Positions 1 through 7,879 of a stretch of 32,682 bases of DNA are shown in pieces. A program made the translations under genes and the position numbers. The first letter of the stretch is position 1. Every line of letters starts with the position of its first letter. The DNA is taken from the IMG/VR virus record IMGVR_UViG_3300008255_000312, positions 1 through 32,682 of that record, one strand, 5' to 3'. This DNA is from a virus (Duplodnaviria; Caudoviricetes). The notes under the pieces are model-generated. The model did no database searches. It was given only the letters and a program-made list of their open reading frames with translations, and was not told the DNA's origin.

Positions 1-123
1 CACCCATGTCGATGACTGGTGGATAATCCGCGTTCGTTCGCTCATGTCACGTGGTCTCTACGAGTTCTTCAAACGGCCGCTGCAGCGCCGCCTGTGGGTC
101 GTCGACGCTAGGGATATATTGGA
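1..123. repeat. Terminal direct repeat, identical to 32560-32682 (circular assembly overlap)
   Basis: First 123 nt match the last 123 nt exactly; ORFs continue across the junction. Confidence 0.97.
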
Positions 124-448
124 AGCCGGTCAGGCGAGTTATTCCATCCATGCCTCGCGAAATACCGGCCACCTGGTTGCGAAATGTGGGCCACCGTCCT
201 GGATCCATGGCCTGGCTCACGCGGAGGATCTGCATAGCGACGGCCTCGACGGCGTTGCACAACTCTTCCGGGGTGTCTGTGGCGCGGGGGAACATATTCG
301 CGAGGTCGCGGTACTGGCTACACGACAGCGTGGCACATCGCAGAAAGTTGAGGGCCTCGCATGCCAACACCACGCCCACGTTTATACGTTCTGCCCTCCG
401 CTCGTCGGGCTGGTATTGCAGGATCGTGTACCATGCTGAATAACTCAC
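47..448 (-). CDS. DUF3037-family protein
   Basis: N-terminal YTILQYQPDERRAERINVGVVL resembles the DUF3037 signature; GGAGG RBS before a GTG start. Confidence 0.75.
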   Translation of the reverse strand: MSYSAWYTILQYQPDERRAERINVGVVLACEALNFLRCATLSCSQYRDLANMFPRATDTPEELCNAVEAVAMQILRVSQAMDPGRWPTFRNQVAGISRGMDGITRLTGFQYIPSVDDPQAALQRPFEELVETT

Positions 449-505
449 GACAGGTCCTCCGGTAGTGCAGGGATTGGCATCCGCAAAGCAGGCGTGGGCA
501 TCCGT

Positions 506-805
506 TCATGACCGCACCTGATCCTCCCACTCAAGCCGAAGTTCCCGCGCCACATCAAGCCACGCCTTGGAAGGATGAAACCCAAACAAAAACTTCTCCT
601 CCGGAAACCTCGACCTGTTCTTATCCAACACCGCCGCCCACTGGCGCGCCCAATACAACGAAACGCGATCCCGCAACGACTGGCACCCCGTGGGTATATG
701 CGTCACCCCATAGCCCCCCTCCTTATCCCCATGAATCCCCCAATCCCCAACCACCTCCACCGCCTCCACCTCCACCTCCACCGTCTCAAACGTCAAAATT
801 TTCAT
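506..805 (-). CDS. Hypothetical protein (99 aa)
   Basis: ATGA overlap with upstream ORF; purine-rich RBS; contains VTHIPTG motif. Confidence 0.75.
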   Translation of the reverse strand: MKILTFETVEVEVEAVEVVGDWGIHGDKEGGYGVTHIPTGCQSLRDRVSLYWARQWAAVLDKNRSRFPEEKFLFGFHPSKAWLDVARELRLEWEDQVRS

Positions 806-936
806 ATAAACCCGTCCTTTCCTTCCTTGTTTATCAGCGCGCGGCGCGCCCGGTACAGGCTGTCCAGTTCTGCCTCGACGCGCCGCCGGGCGTCCTCTAA
901 CTCCGCTATTTCGTCGTCGATTTCTTCGATGGTCAT
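802..936 (-). CDS. Small coiled-coil protein (44 aa, MTIEEIDDEIAELEDARRRVEAELDSLYRARRALINKEGKDGFI)
   Basis: Hand-translated, below the ORF-track cutoff; ATGA overlaps at both ends. Confidence 0.75.
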   Translation of the reverse strand: MTIEEIDDEIAELEDARRRVEAELDSLYRARRALINKEGKDGFI

Positions 937-1412
937 GGCGTCACCCATGCCAGGTCCTCCCCCAGCGCTTTCGCGACGTACGCGAAGGCTGCGCGAGCCT
1001 GATCGCGGCGCGTTGTTCTAAATGGGATGGGCAGGTGCCGCCACTCAGTCGGCGTCTTACTTTTAAGCTCGATCACTGTTGCGAGTTCGTCGATCTGCTG
1101 ATCTGTTGGCGTCTCTGTGCGAGCGCGTATGGCATCCACGGCCAAGGCGCGGGCGGCGGCGAAGGCGGCGTGGGCCGCAAGTTCTGCTGCAACATCATCC
1201 ACAGATCGGGGTCGCTGGGGCGGCGAGGGTGCGGGCTCCTCGATTTTCGGCATCAGGCACCACGCCACGGGGATGTGAAACTTACCCCCTACCCAGTGAT
1301 CTACATCGCTGTATCCAATATATTGGACTCCAGATTTTAACTTGAGCAGCAACGTTGTGCCGTCGCGTGGGGCCGCGTCCAAGTCGTAACTCCATATCAG
1401 GTTGTCTGTCAT
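933..1412 (-). CDS. Hypothetical protein with DUF551-like N-terminus (159 aa)
   Basis: Start reassigned to MTDNLIW (TGATG overlap, AAGGAG RBS); AAPRDGTTLLL...AWCLMP pattern. Confidence 0.65.
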   Translation of the reverse strand: MTDNLIWSYDLDAAPRDGTTLLLKLKSGVQYIGYSDVDHWVGGKFHIPVAWCLMPKIEEPAPSPPQRPRSVDDVAAELAAHAAFAAARALAVDAIRARTETPTDQQIDELATVIELKSKTPTEWRHLPIPFRTTRRDQARAAFAYVAKALGEDLAWVTP

Positions 1413-1759
1413 CACTTTTCTCCTTTGAGTTGTTTTTCCACTGCGGCGGCTTCGGCCATGGTGCCCGCCCTGTATGGCGCTCGGCCTCGTCGCTCCCGCT
1501 GAATCTGGCGTTGCAATTGCTCCAGGGACAGGCATTCTCGGAGGTGTTGCCGCTCGGCCTTGGTCTCGTAGTCTACCCATGGAGGGGCGGGCGGCGGTTT
1601 GGGCTTGGGTGGCGCTTCGGGGCACGCGGCAAGCAAGGCCTTTGCGCGAGCACGTTCCGCCGCCTGTTTGCAGGACCTGGTACAGTACCGCCTTTCCCGC
1701 CCGAAAAGCCGCGTCTGTAATACGCCGCCTCCGCATACTGGGCACTTGTCGACTGTCAT
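1412..1759 (-). CDS. Zinc-finger protein (CPVC...YCTRSC)
   Basis: Four cysteines in CxxC...CxxxC arrangement followed by KQAAERAR and a Pro-rich linker. Confidence 0.7.
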   Translation of the reverse strand: MTVDKCPVCGGGVLQTRLFGRERRYCTRSCKQAAERARAKALLAACPEAPPKPKPPPAPPWVDYETKAERQHLRECLSLEQLQRQIQRERRGRAPYRAGTMAEAAAVEKQLKGEK

Positions 1760-1781
1760 GGTCCCGCCTGTTCTATCTGCG

Positions 1782-1889
1782 CTAAACCGCAGCGGCCATC
1801 GCAGCCAGCGCCGCGATGCCCAGTAACGCCATGCCGAGGAGCGAGATAAAACATCCCGCCACCTGCATCCCGCATCCGTTGTTGCTCAT
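1782..1889 (-). CDS. Small membrane peptide (35 aa)
   Basis: AAGGAG RBS before MSNNGCG; one hydrophobic helix. Confidence 0.6.
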   Translation of the reverse strand: MSNNGCGMQVAGCFISLLGMALLGIAALAAMAAAV

Positions 1890-1915
1890 TTTATTTTCTC
1901 CTTGAGTTGAAATTT

Positions 1916-2052
1916 CCATACCATACCTCGCCTCGCCCTGCCCGGCCTTGCCCTGCCCCGCCAAGCCGTGCCGTAAAAGCGTCCCTCACCTTCAAATTTT
2001 CCATACCATACCAAGCCACGCCCTGCCCCGCCCCGCCTTGCCTCACCACGCC
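1916..2052 (-). repeat. Two in-phase arrays of GG(C/T)NN pentamers (1916-1972, 12 GG; 2001-2052, 11 GG)
   Basis: CC every 5 nt on + strand; both arrays end GGTATGGTATGGAAA(A)TTT on - strand. Confidence 0.95.
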
Positions 2053-2066
2053 AGACAACTGACATG

Positions 2067-2095
2067 ATGTTACACATGTTGTCCAGGGTTGTCAA
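2067..2095 (-). promoter_or_regulatory. Sigma70-type promoter TTGACA-N17-TAACAT
   Basis: Perfect -35, 17-nt spacer, intergenic, directly upstream of the pentamer arrays. Confidence 0.75.
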
Positions 2096-2112
2096 CACTT
2101 ATTTTGCCCCCG

Positions 2113-2457
2113 CTATTTCGTCACCCGAAACACGTAGTCGGGGAATTTACACTGAAATAGCTTCCTCTTGATGCAAAACACATCGGTCTCGAAGCCCTTG
2201 TAGTCCTCGACAGCCCACGCCCCGATCTCCGCGTCGTAGTACCGGAAGTCCGCAACGTAGGTGATCGAGCGGTGCCGCTTGCCTGCGTTGTCGGTAAACG
2301 CATCCTGGAGGCAGAACCCCGGCTGGAGTTCGAGGTCCCGAATTTTGTCGGCCCGCTCCAGCAGTCGCAGTTCCGCGTATCGCCTCGCCTCGCCCTGTGA
2401 GGCGAACCTATGCCCGTCGATCTCTACTGTCTTAGCGTTGTATTTGCCTCTGCGCAT
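2113..2457 (-). CDS. DUF1064-family putative endonuclease
   Basis: KYNAKTVEIDGHRFASQGEARRY...LELQP...YVADFRY...VEDYKG motifs. Confidence 0.9.
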   Translation of the reverse strand: MRRGKYNAKTVEIDGHRFASQGEARRYAELRLLERADKIRDLELQPGFCLQDAFTDNAGKRHRSITYVADFRYYDAEIGAWAVEDYKGFETDVFCIKRKLFQCKFPDYVFRVTK

Positions 2458-2609
2458 CGTCTCTCCTCTCGTTTCGCATCCCGCAGGCGATCCACCTCTT
2501 TGACTGCAAACGCCCACGCGGCCTGTCGCGACATACCCGCATAAAACTCACAGATCGCCGCTCGTTCATCGCGGATTTCACACCAGTAGTCGGTCATGGG
2601 TTCAGTCAT
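2424..2609 (-). CDS. Hypothetical protein (61 aa)
   Basis: ERAAICEFYAGMSRQAA motif, which I recall from small phage proteins; overlaps neighbours. Confidence 0.65.
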   Translation of the reverse strand: MTEPMTDYWCEIRDERAAICEFYAGMSRQAAWAFAVKEVDRLRDAKREERRCAEANTTLRQ

Positions 2610-2841
2610 CGTAAAAGTCGCCATCAAAATCGTCGGAGTCGTACACCGGCCCGCGAATGATGGACAGCATCAACTGGCTTTCGTTGAACTCGCCGATGCT
2701 TTCAGCGAGAATGAAATCATGCAGTTCGTCCAGCCTGGACGCGAGTTCCTGCGCCGCGCTAATCGCGCTTACTAGCCGATCATCTATGCTCATTTCCATC
2801 TCATGATCGAGGTCGTAATTTAACATCTCTAGTACAGTCAT
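2602..2841 (-). CDS. Acidic hypothetical protein (79 aa)
   Basis: Start MTVLEML with ATGA overlap to the loader stop. Confidence 0.65.
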   Translation of the reverse strand: MTVLEMLNYDLDHEMEMSIDDRLVSAISAAQELASRLDELHDFILAESIGEFNESQLMLSIIRGPVYDSDDFDGDFYDD

Positions 2842-3584
2842 CGCAGTGACTTCCCCTTCATCTCGATTTTTGTGAACGGTTTCAGCCGGTCCAGCGCGGC
2901 CCGCGCCATGCTCGCATTCATGTAGTCTCCGTCGGTCGATTTTGACTCCAGCATCCTCACCAAGTCGTTGATCTCGACGTTGGCGGTAACGATGGTCCTG
3001 AGGTGGCTCGCACTGCGGCGGTCCAGGAGTTCCCAAAGCGCGTTGATGCCCCGATAATTCCACGCGGTTTTATCCAGATCGTCCAGTAGTAGCACACCAG
3101 CAGTACACCACTTTGGGAACATGGAATTTTGCGACTCGAAACGGTCGCATTCCTGGGTTAGCCGTCTTGCGCTGACTTCCGCCACGCTCAGGCCGCCCGT
3201 AAAGGCCTCTCGCAGGGCGCACAAGGCGAGATAGGTCTTACCTACGCCTACCGATCCCCAAATGTAGAGATTTTGCGTCCTAGGGCATTCTCGGGCGTTT
3301 TTCCACGCCTCCGGGTTCATCGCCTCGATGGCCCGGTCCGATCGCGCAAATGACGCCTCCCGCAGGCGAGACGTTACGAGGCCATGGCGTAGCAGGGTTT
3401 CGAAGCGGCTTCGAAGTGCTTCAATCATCTCGGCGCGCTCCAAGGCCTTGACCCTGACCCCCACGCAAGCGTCGCAGTACACGGCGAGGGTTTGGTATAC
3501 GCTGAGGAACGCCTCGGGTTGGGTTTCGTCCAGCGCCACCTCGTAGGGGTCGCCGCAGTCCGGGCACGGTTTCTGCACTATCAT
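2838..3584 (-). CDS. DnaC/IstB-like AAA+ ATPase (helicase loader)
   Basis: Walker A GSVGVGKT, Walker B LLLDDL, RTIVTAN, N-terminal CxxC pairs; downstream of the initiator. Confidence 0.9.
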   Translation of the reverse strand: MIVQKPCPDCGDPYEVALDETQPEAFLSVYQTLAVYCDACVGVRVKALERAEMIEALRSRFETLLRHGLVTSRLREASFARSDRAIEAMNPEAWKNARECPRTQNLYIWGSVGVGKTYLALCALREAFTGGLSVAEVSARRLTQECDRFESQNSMFPKWCTAGVLLLDDLDKTAWNYRGINALWELLDRRSASHLRTIVTANVEINDLVRMLESKSTDGDYMNASMARAALDRLKPFTKIEMKGKSLR

Positions 3585-3820
3585 AGCGAAATAGCAATCT
3601 TTTGTAACAGCATCAAAAAATCAGCAACGAAAGCCTTTGCTGTGTCAACATCAGGGACTCGAATGCAGACAGAGACGCCATGGCAGGTCATGTGCAGGGC
3701 GCAATCCCCGGAGGGGTGATGGTGCGAAATTTTTGCGGAGCCTGCTTTTAAGTCGCAGGCGTGAACCGTCGTACTGTAGCCTGCAATCAACGATTTTCTG
3801 GTTTCGATCTTCCAATCCAT
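3581..3820 (-). CDS. Hypothetical protein (79 aa)
   Basis: Start MDWKIE with GAAGGA RBS; ATGA overlap with the loader. Confidence 0.6.
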   Translation of the reverse strand: MDWKIETRKSLIAGYSTTVHACDLKAGSAKISHHHPSGDCALHMTCHGVSVCIRVPDVDTAKAFVADFLMLLQKIAISL

Positions 3821-3830
3821 GGTGTTTCCT

Positions 3831-4601
3831 TCACAGTGGGTCGTTATTTGGCTCAACCACCCCGATGGTGGTTTTGCCTCCGTTCGGATTTCGGTCATCG
3901 TAGACGCCCTCCAGAATTTTGTCCACGGTGTCGGGGCGGAGGAACCAGTCGATGGTTGCCGTCCATCCCGAGGCGCTTTGGCCTTGGCAAAATCTGGTGG
4001 TCAACGCGTGCGACATCGCCGCTTCCCAGTTTTTCTCCCAGTGGGGATCGCGCTTTCGCAGGCGCAGCCCGGCGACTCGTTTGCTCGTCATTCGCCCCGA
4101 GCGCTTGATTCCGTTTTTTTGGCATGCCCGATTCCAAACCTCCAGGAATTCTGCGGGGCTGGGTCCACGCTGCGGGGGGGTAGGGGGGATCCCCCCCTGT
4201 CTCTCTGTCTCTGTCTCTACCTCTGTCTCTACCTCTGTCTCTGTCTCTGTCTCTGTCTCTGTCTCTGTCTCTGGATCATCGGGTTGGCATCGCGACGGCA
4301 TCAAGTTGACATCATCGTATATCACGAAATTTTCAAGTTCGCGTAAAGCACTGGAAACAAAAGGCTTATCGACACGAAGGCGAAACGCGATATCATCGAT
4401 TGTCGGCAAATACCCCGACATATCGTTATCTTCCGATGCCAAGAGCCAAAGGCCAACTAAAACACGAAACGCACGGTCCGACAGCGCCACGATGTCGCGT
4501 TGATCCAGAATTTCGCGGTGCAGTTTGACCCACGGCGGGCGGCGGTTTTTGAAGTGCTGGAACCTCTCCCAGTTCCTTATTTTCAGCCGTGGCTCGCTCA
4601 T
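3831..4601 (-). CDS. Phage replication initiator protein
   Basis: IRNWERFQHFK...PPWVKLH N-terminus, (ET)n linker, C-terminal GWTATIDWFLRPD...KILEGVY; next to DnaC-like gene. Confidence 0.85.
   Translation of the reverse strand: MSEPRLKIRNWERFQHFKNRRPPWVKLHREILDQRDIVALSDRAFRVLVGLWLLASEDNDMSGYLPTIDDIAFRLRVDKPFVSSALRELENFVIYDDVNLMPSRCQPDDPETETETETETETEVETEVETETERQGGIPPTPPQRGPSPAEFLEVWNRACQKNGIKRSGRMTSKRVAGLRLRKRDPHWEKNWEAAMSHALTTRFCQGQSASGWTATIDWFLRPDTVDKILEGVYDDRNPNGGKTTIGVVEPNNDPL
4183..4273. repeat. G6-AT-C6 palindrome plus about 12 CTGTCT-type hexamers inside the initiator gene
   Basis: ggggggatcccccc at 4183-4196, then tandem ctgtct/ctacct units encoding ETETE. Confidence 0.9.
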
Positions 4602-4798
4602 TTCTGCGACTCACCGATCCGGCACTTTTCGATGTAAAAGTCCAGGTCTTTTCGGTCGTAGTACACCACGACGCCGATTCTGTAGTACGGTATCGGTGCG
4701 CGTCCCGCTTTCTCGCCCCGGAGCCGCATCGCCCGGAGGGTCACGCGGTTCAGCCCGAGGTAAATCGCGGCGTCTTTTTCTCTTAGTTTGGGTGGCAT
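4598..4798 (-). CDS. Excisionase/AlpA-like HTH DNA-binding protein
   Basis: LREKDAAIYLGL...TL...PYYRIG..VYYDRKDLDFYI pattern; AAGGAG RBS. Confidence 0.85.
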   Translation of the reverse strand: MPPKLREKDAAIYLGLNRVTLRAMRLRGEKAGRAPIPYYRIGVVVYYDRKDLDFYIEKCRIGESQK

Positions 4799-4821
4799 TT
4801 TCGGTCTCCTTTTATCGATCA

Positions 4822-4850
4822 AAAGTAGCAGAAAGTGACGGAAATGTCAA
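4822..4850 (-). promoter_or_regulatory. Sigma70-type promoter TTGACA-N17-TACTTT (extended TG) for the replication operon
   Basis: Perfect -35, 17-nt spacer, intergenic position. Confidence 0.65.
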
Positions 4851-4854
4851 TCGG

Positions 4855-5840
4855 TTATTCAAGCGCCAACTCCATTTGGTTCACGTCTACAGTAAGACAG
4901 TGCGGCGAGAACCAAATCCGTTCCCGCACAGAGTTATTGCGTCCAGCGCCGCCTTCCGCCTGTAACCCGTAGCCGCCTGCGGTCTTCCACGCGTGGCACG
5001 TCCAGGACTCAGGCATGTCGTGTTCGCCCTCGTAGCCGCAGAGCGCGATACGAAGCAGGGGGTTATCTCCGTTGGCGATGGCCCAGGCTTTTACATCGTG
5101 TGCGACTTTGCCGCAGTCCTTTCTATAAATCATCATATCTCTCTCTGCCTCTGTGGAATACGGAGGGTCTAGGAATACACCGGTCAGCCCCTGCCCGTAC
5201 GTTACGCTTTTGCCTGTGACGCGCGCCCAGTCGCCACAACATACCCGGACACCGCGAAGCCGCTCGGAAAGCGCCTCCATCCATTCGCGGAGCCCCTCGC
5301 GTTTCCGATTCACGCCCTGGCCCGCGTTGCTGAGGTGTGGCCGTTGCCGATTCACGCCCTGGCCCGCGTCGCCTTTCGTATTCATCAACCGCCCATCGAT
5401 GGGGTGCCACGGGCCTTTGCCTGAGCACCAGCCGCACCCGATCCAGCAACAGAGGCCCCAGACCCACCAGCCCGCGATCTTGGCGTCGTAATACTCGGGA
5501 TCGCCATCCAGCCGCGCACCCAGATCCCCACAGTGCGCCACCAGCCACGAATGCCTCGCGTGCAGGTCGTTTTCAATCACGGGGTGGTCGGCATGATGCG
5601 CGACGGCGGCGGATCGGCCTGAAGCGCCCGCCAGAAATTGGCAACAAAGCCGTCGATGTCGTTGATGGTTTCCGTGCCGGTCGCGCCGCCGGGCCTGCCG
5701 AGCAGAACCGCGCCGCTTCCGAAAAACGGCTCGACGTAATTCCTCACGTCGCCGAATCTGGCCCATACCTCCGGGGCTACGCGGGACTTGCCGCCAAACC
5801 ACGGGAAGGGAGCCTTTAGAATATTCGTACTGTCATCCAT
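4855..5840 (-). pseudogene. Dam/D12-class DNA adenine methyltransferase split by a 1-nt frameshift near 5611
   Basis: PFPWFGGKS, YVEPFFGSGAV and INDID in one frame; catalytic VFLDPPY in another; frames join at ADP/AAVAHHAD. Confidence 0.85.
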
Positions 5841-6351
5841 AACTTCCTTTCTGTCTCTGCGTCAATCCCATATGCAGGTGTTCTTTTAGCGTCCAAATTC
5901 GCATAGCCGCGAGTTCGCATAGTTTCTGGCGGAGCGACGGCTTCCACTTGACCGCACCTTTTCGCAGGGCGGCGGCACGTTTATTTTTTACGACGAGGTT
6001 AGGTTCGTTTCGGTAGGGGTTATTTATCTGACAAACACTGAGTATTCCCGCGCTATCCGGGATGTCGGGGTGATCTGCTAGCGCTTCCGGAACAGCAAAA
6101 TACAGTTGCCGAAACAACAGGCTGTCGTGCCTGTGGCGCTTTTTAAGGTCGGCCTTGATATCCGCCGCCGAGATTTTGATTTCGATCTCGATGGCCCAAT
6201 CGCTGGGCCTGAGCACCACGAGGTCGGCCTCGTACGGAAGGCCAAGGCCAAAGTAGACATTTGGCACGATCACGTTTGCCCGGGAATTGAAGTGTTTGGC
6301 CACCGCGATCTCGATTTGTTGCGCGGTAATTACTTTAGAACGGCAAGTCAT
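5833..6351 (-). CDS. PD-(D/E)XK nuclease-fold protein (MmcB-like)
   Basis: EADLVVL...EIEIKISAADIKAD motif. Confidence 0.75.
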   Translation of the reverse strand: MTCRSKVITAQQIEIAVAKHFNSRANVIVPNVYFGLGLPYEADLVVLRPSDWAIEIEIKISAADIKADLKKRHRHDSLLFRQLYFAVPEALADHPDIPDSAGILSVCQINNPYRNEPNLVVKNKRAAALRKGAVKWKPSLRQKLCELAAMRIWTLKEHLHMGLTQRQKGSYG

Positions 6352-6778
6352 CGTCAAGGCTCCCCTCGGCTGTGGGTTTTGCAGGCGCGGGCGGCTTCGG
6401 CTGGGCTTTTTGTGTCTCGCCGCCACCGTCCTTCGCTGTCCAGTCCAGGGGCACTACGCGAAGAGCGGACACGCAGAGACGTTGGCGCTTGCTGCCGTCT
6501 GCCGTCTCCCAGCTGTCGGATTTCAAGCGCCCCTCGATAAGCACCGGGCGGCCTGTGGTGAGGTTAGCGGCGACCCACTCGCCGCCCTGATTCCATATTT
6601 CGGCGTCGACAAAAACGGTTTCCTTTTTTTTTTCACCGTCCTTACCCTTGTAAAAGCGGGAGTTTGCGACAGAGATTTTGCAGACACTTCCCGAGCCAAC
6701 GGATTTGAGTTCCGGGTCACGCGTCAGCCGTCCTGCAATCGTCACTATGTTGATGTCGGGCATACGTAGATCACTCAT
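6335..6778 (-). CDS. ssb: Single-stranded DNA-binding protein
   Basis: GRLTRDPELK, GRPVLIEGRL and acidic DDDLPF tail; start MSDLRMP. Confidence 0.97.
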   Translation of the reverse strand: MSDLRMPDINIVTIAGRLTRDPELKSVGSGSVCKISVANSRFYKGKDGEKKKETVFVDAEIWNQGGEWVAANLTTGRPVLIEGRLKSDSWETADGSKRQRLCVSALRVVPLDWTAKDGGGETQKAQPKPPAPAKPTAEGSLDDDLPF

Positions 6779-6915
6779 TTGATAGTCCCTTGTTGGTTGG
6801 ATTCTTGCCGTAGGCGCTTGAGTTCGCGGACGGCCAGCCGGGCAGCCCACGCCTCGCGGGCCGCTATTTTGCCGCCCGCGCCCCAAATCACACCACAAAT
6901 TATTGTCAATGTCAT
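6775..6915 (-). CDS. Small hypothetical protein (46 aa, MTLTIICGVIWG...)
   Basis: Hand-translated; ATGA overlaps at both ends fill the gap exactly. Confidence 0.6.
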   Translation of the reverse strand: MTLTIICGVIWGAGGKIAAREAWAARLAVRELKRLRQESNQQGTIK

Positions 6916-7148
6916 TTTCCGCTTTCCTCCGTGACCTCTTTCGAGGTGATGCCAAAAACCTCATCCCAGTTGCAAATGTCATCAAGCTCCGAATCAAAGG
7001 TTTTGTCGTAGTCGTTCTCCAGCCGCTTGATGGCAACCAGAATTTCAAGGGCGGTGTCGCGGTTTTTCATCGCCCACGCGTGCGCCGCGTCCGCGTATTC
7101 CTCGCGCTGATTCCAATAGCCTGCGGCTTCCCGTGCTGGATCTCTCAT
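6912..7148 (-). CDS. Hypothetical protein (78 aa)
   Basis: AGGAG RBS; operon packing. Confidence 0.75.
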   Translation of the reverse strand: MRDPAREAAGYWNQREEYADAAHAWAMKNRDTALEILVAIKRLENDYDKTFDSELDDICNWDEVFGITSKEVTEESGK

Positions 7149-7160
7149 TTGTCTCTCCTG

Positions 7161-7682
7161 TTATCGGCACTGGCCGAAAGCATTAAACGCATGGTAGAAA
7201 TTCACGGGGTATTCGATCCTGCGCGGGTTGTGGTGGTAATAAAAAAGGATCTGACCACGTGGGTTGTTGCGTACCGGCTTGCCGTCGGGGCCGATGAAAG
7301 CGATGCGCCCCTTGAAAAAACACATATGCGGAGAGTGCAGGATCAGCGACTGCCCGACCGCCGTTTCGGTAATGTTGTTCACCAGAACAAGCGCCTCCGT
7401 CGTCCTGCCCGCCAGAAATTCGCGGTGCAGTTTTTTGATGAACTTCGGGAGGTTTACCCTGTCATACGGAGGATTAAGCCAGACGCGACCGCGCCACTCC
7501 TGCGTTAGTCCATCGTCGGCGATGGTGTAGTAATTCTTTGCCCTCACGATTTTCTGCGCGGCATCACACGATGCCGGGTCCAGATCGATGCCACCCATGC
7601 AGGCGCGTGCCGCCTCGATGATATCCGGCGGGGTATACCACTCGTTGTTGCCGGTTTCGGTTGTCAAATGCGGCGTGCTCAT
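7161..7682 (-). CDS. Phage DNA N6-adenine methyltransferase
   Basis: EWYTPP, IDLDPAS, DDGL..EW.GRVWLNPPY and GRIAF motifs. Confidence 0.92.
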   Translation of the reverse strand: MSTPHLTTETGNNEWYTPPDIIEAARACMGGIDLDPASCDAAQKIVRAKNYYTIADDGLTQEWRGRVWLNPPYDRVNLPKFIKKLHREFLAGRTTEALVLVNNITETAVGQSLILHSPHMCFFKGRIAFIGPDGKPVRNNPRGQILFYYHHNPRRIEYPVNFYHAFNAFGQCR

Positions 7683-7879
7683 TTCGCGTTCTCCAGTCTC
7701 GCTTTTATCTCCGCGATTTCCACGTCCATGTCGTGGATGGTGTCACACATCGCCCCGTTTATTTTCGCCAGCCGGTCGATTTCCGCCATGGCCCGCTGCC
7801 ACGCACGCACTGCTGCGTTATGCTCTGCGACGAAATCGCCAAAGTTCGCCAAAAACCATTCCTTTGGCGTATCCATCAC
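7679..7879 (-). CDS. Hypothetical coiled-coil protein (66 aa)
   Basis: 4-nt overlaps with both neighbours. Confidence 0.7.
   Translation of the reverse strand: MMDTPKEWFLANFGDFVAEHNAAVRAWQRAMAEIDRLAKINGAMCDTIHDMDVEIAEIKARLENAK

Noticed and set aside
1-123. Terminal repeat as a biological DTR
   Set aside because: It cuts through coding sequence and has k-mer-overlap size; a PBSX-type terminase suggests headful packaging, so an assembly overlap is more likely.
1916-2052. CRISPR array or protein-coding ORFs (1886-2098, 5' part of 1782-1964)
   Set aside because: No 25-45-nt repeats with unique spacers and no cas genes; the Gly/Arg-rich translations are by-products of the pentamer period, and one ORF starts upstream of the promoter's transcription start.
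5306-5370. 23-bp duplication in the MTase gene
   Set aside because: Encodes a repeated AGQGVNR peptide within the coding region; no sign of a separate DNA-level role.
6880-6910. TTGACA promoter upstream of ssb
   Set aside because: No acceptable -10 box at 16-18 nt; lies inside a well-coupled 46-aa ORF.
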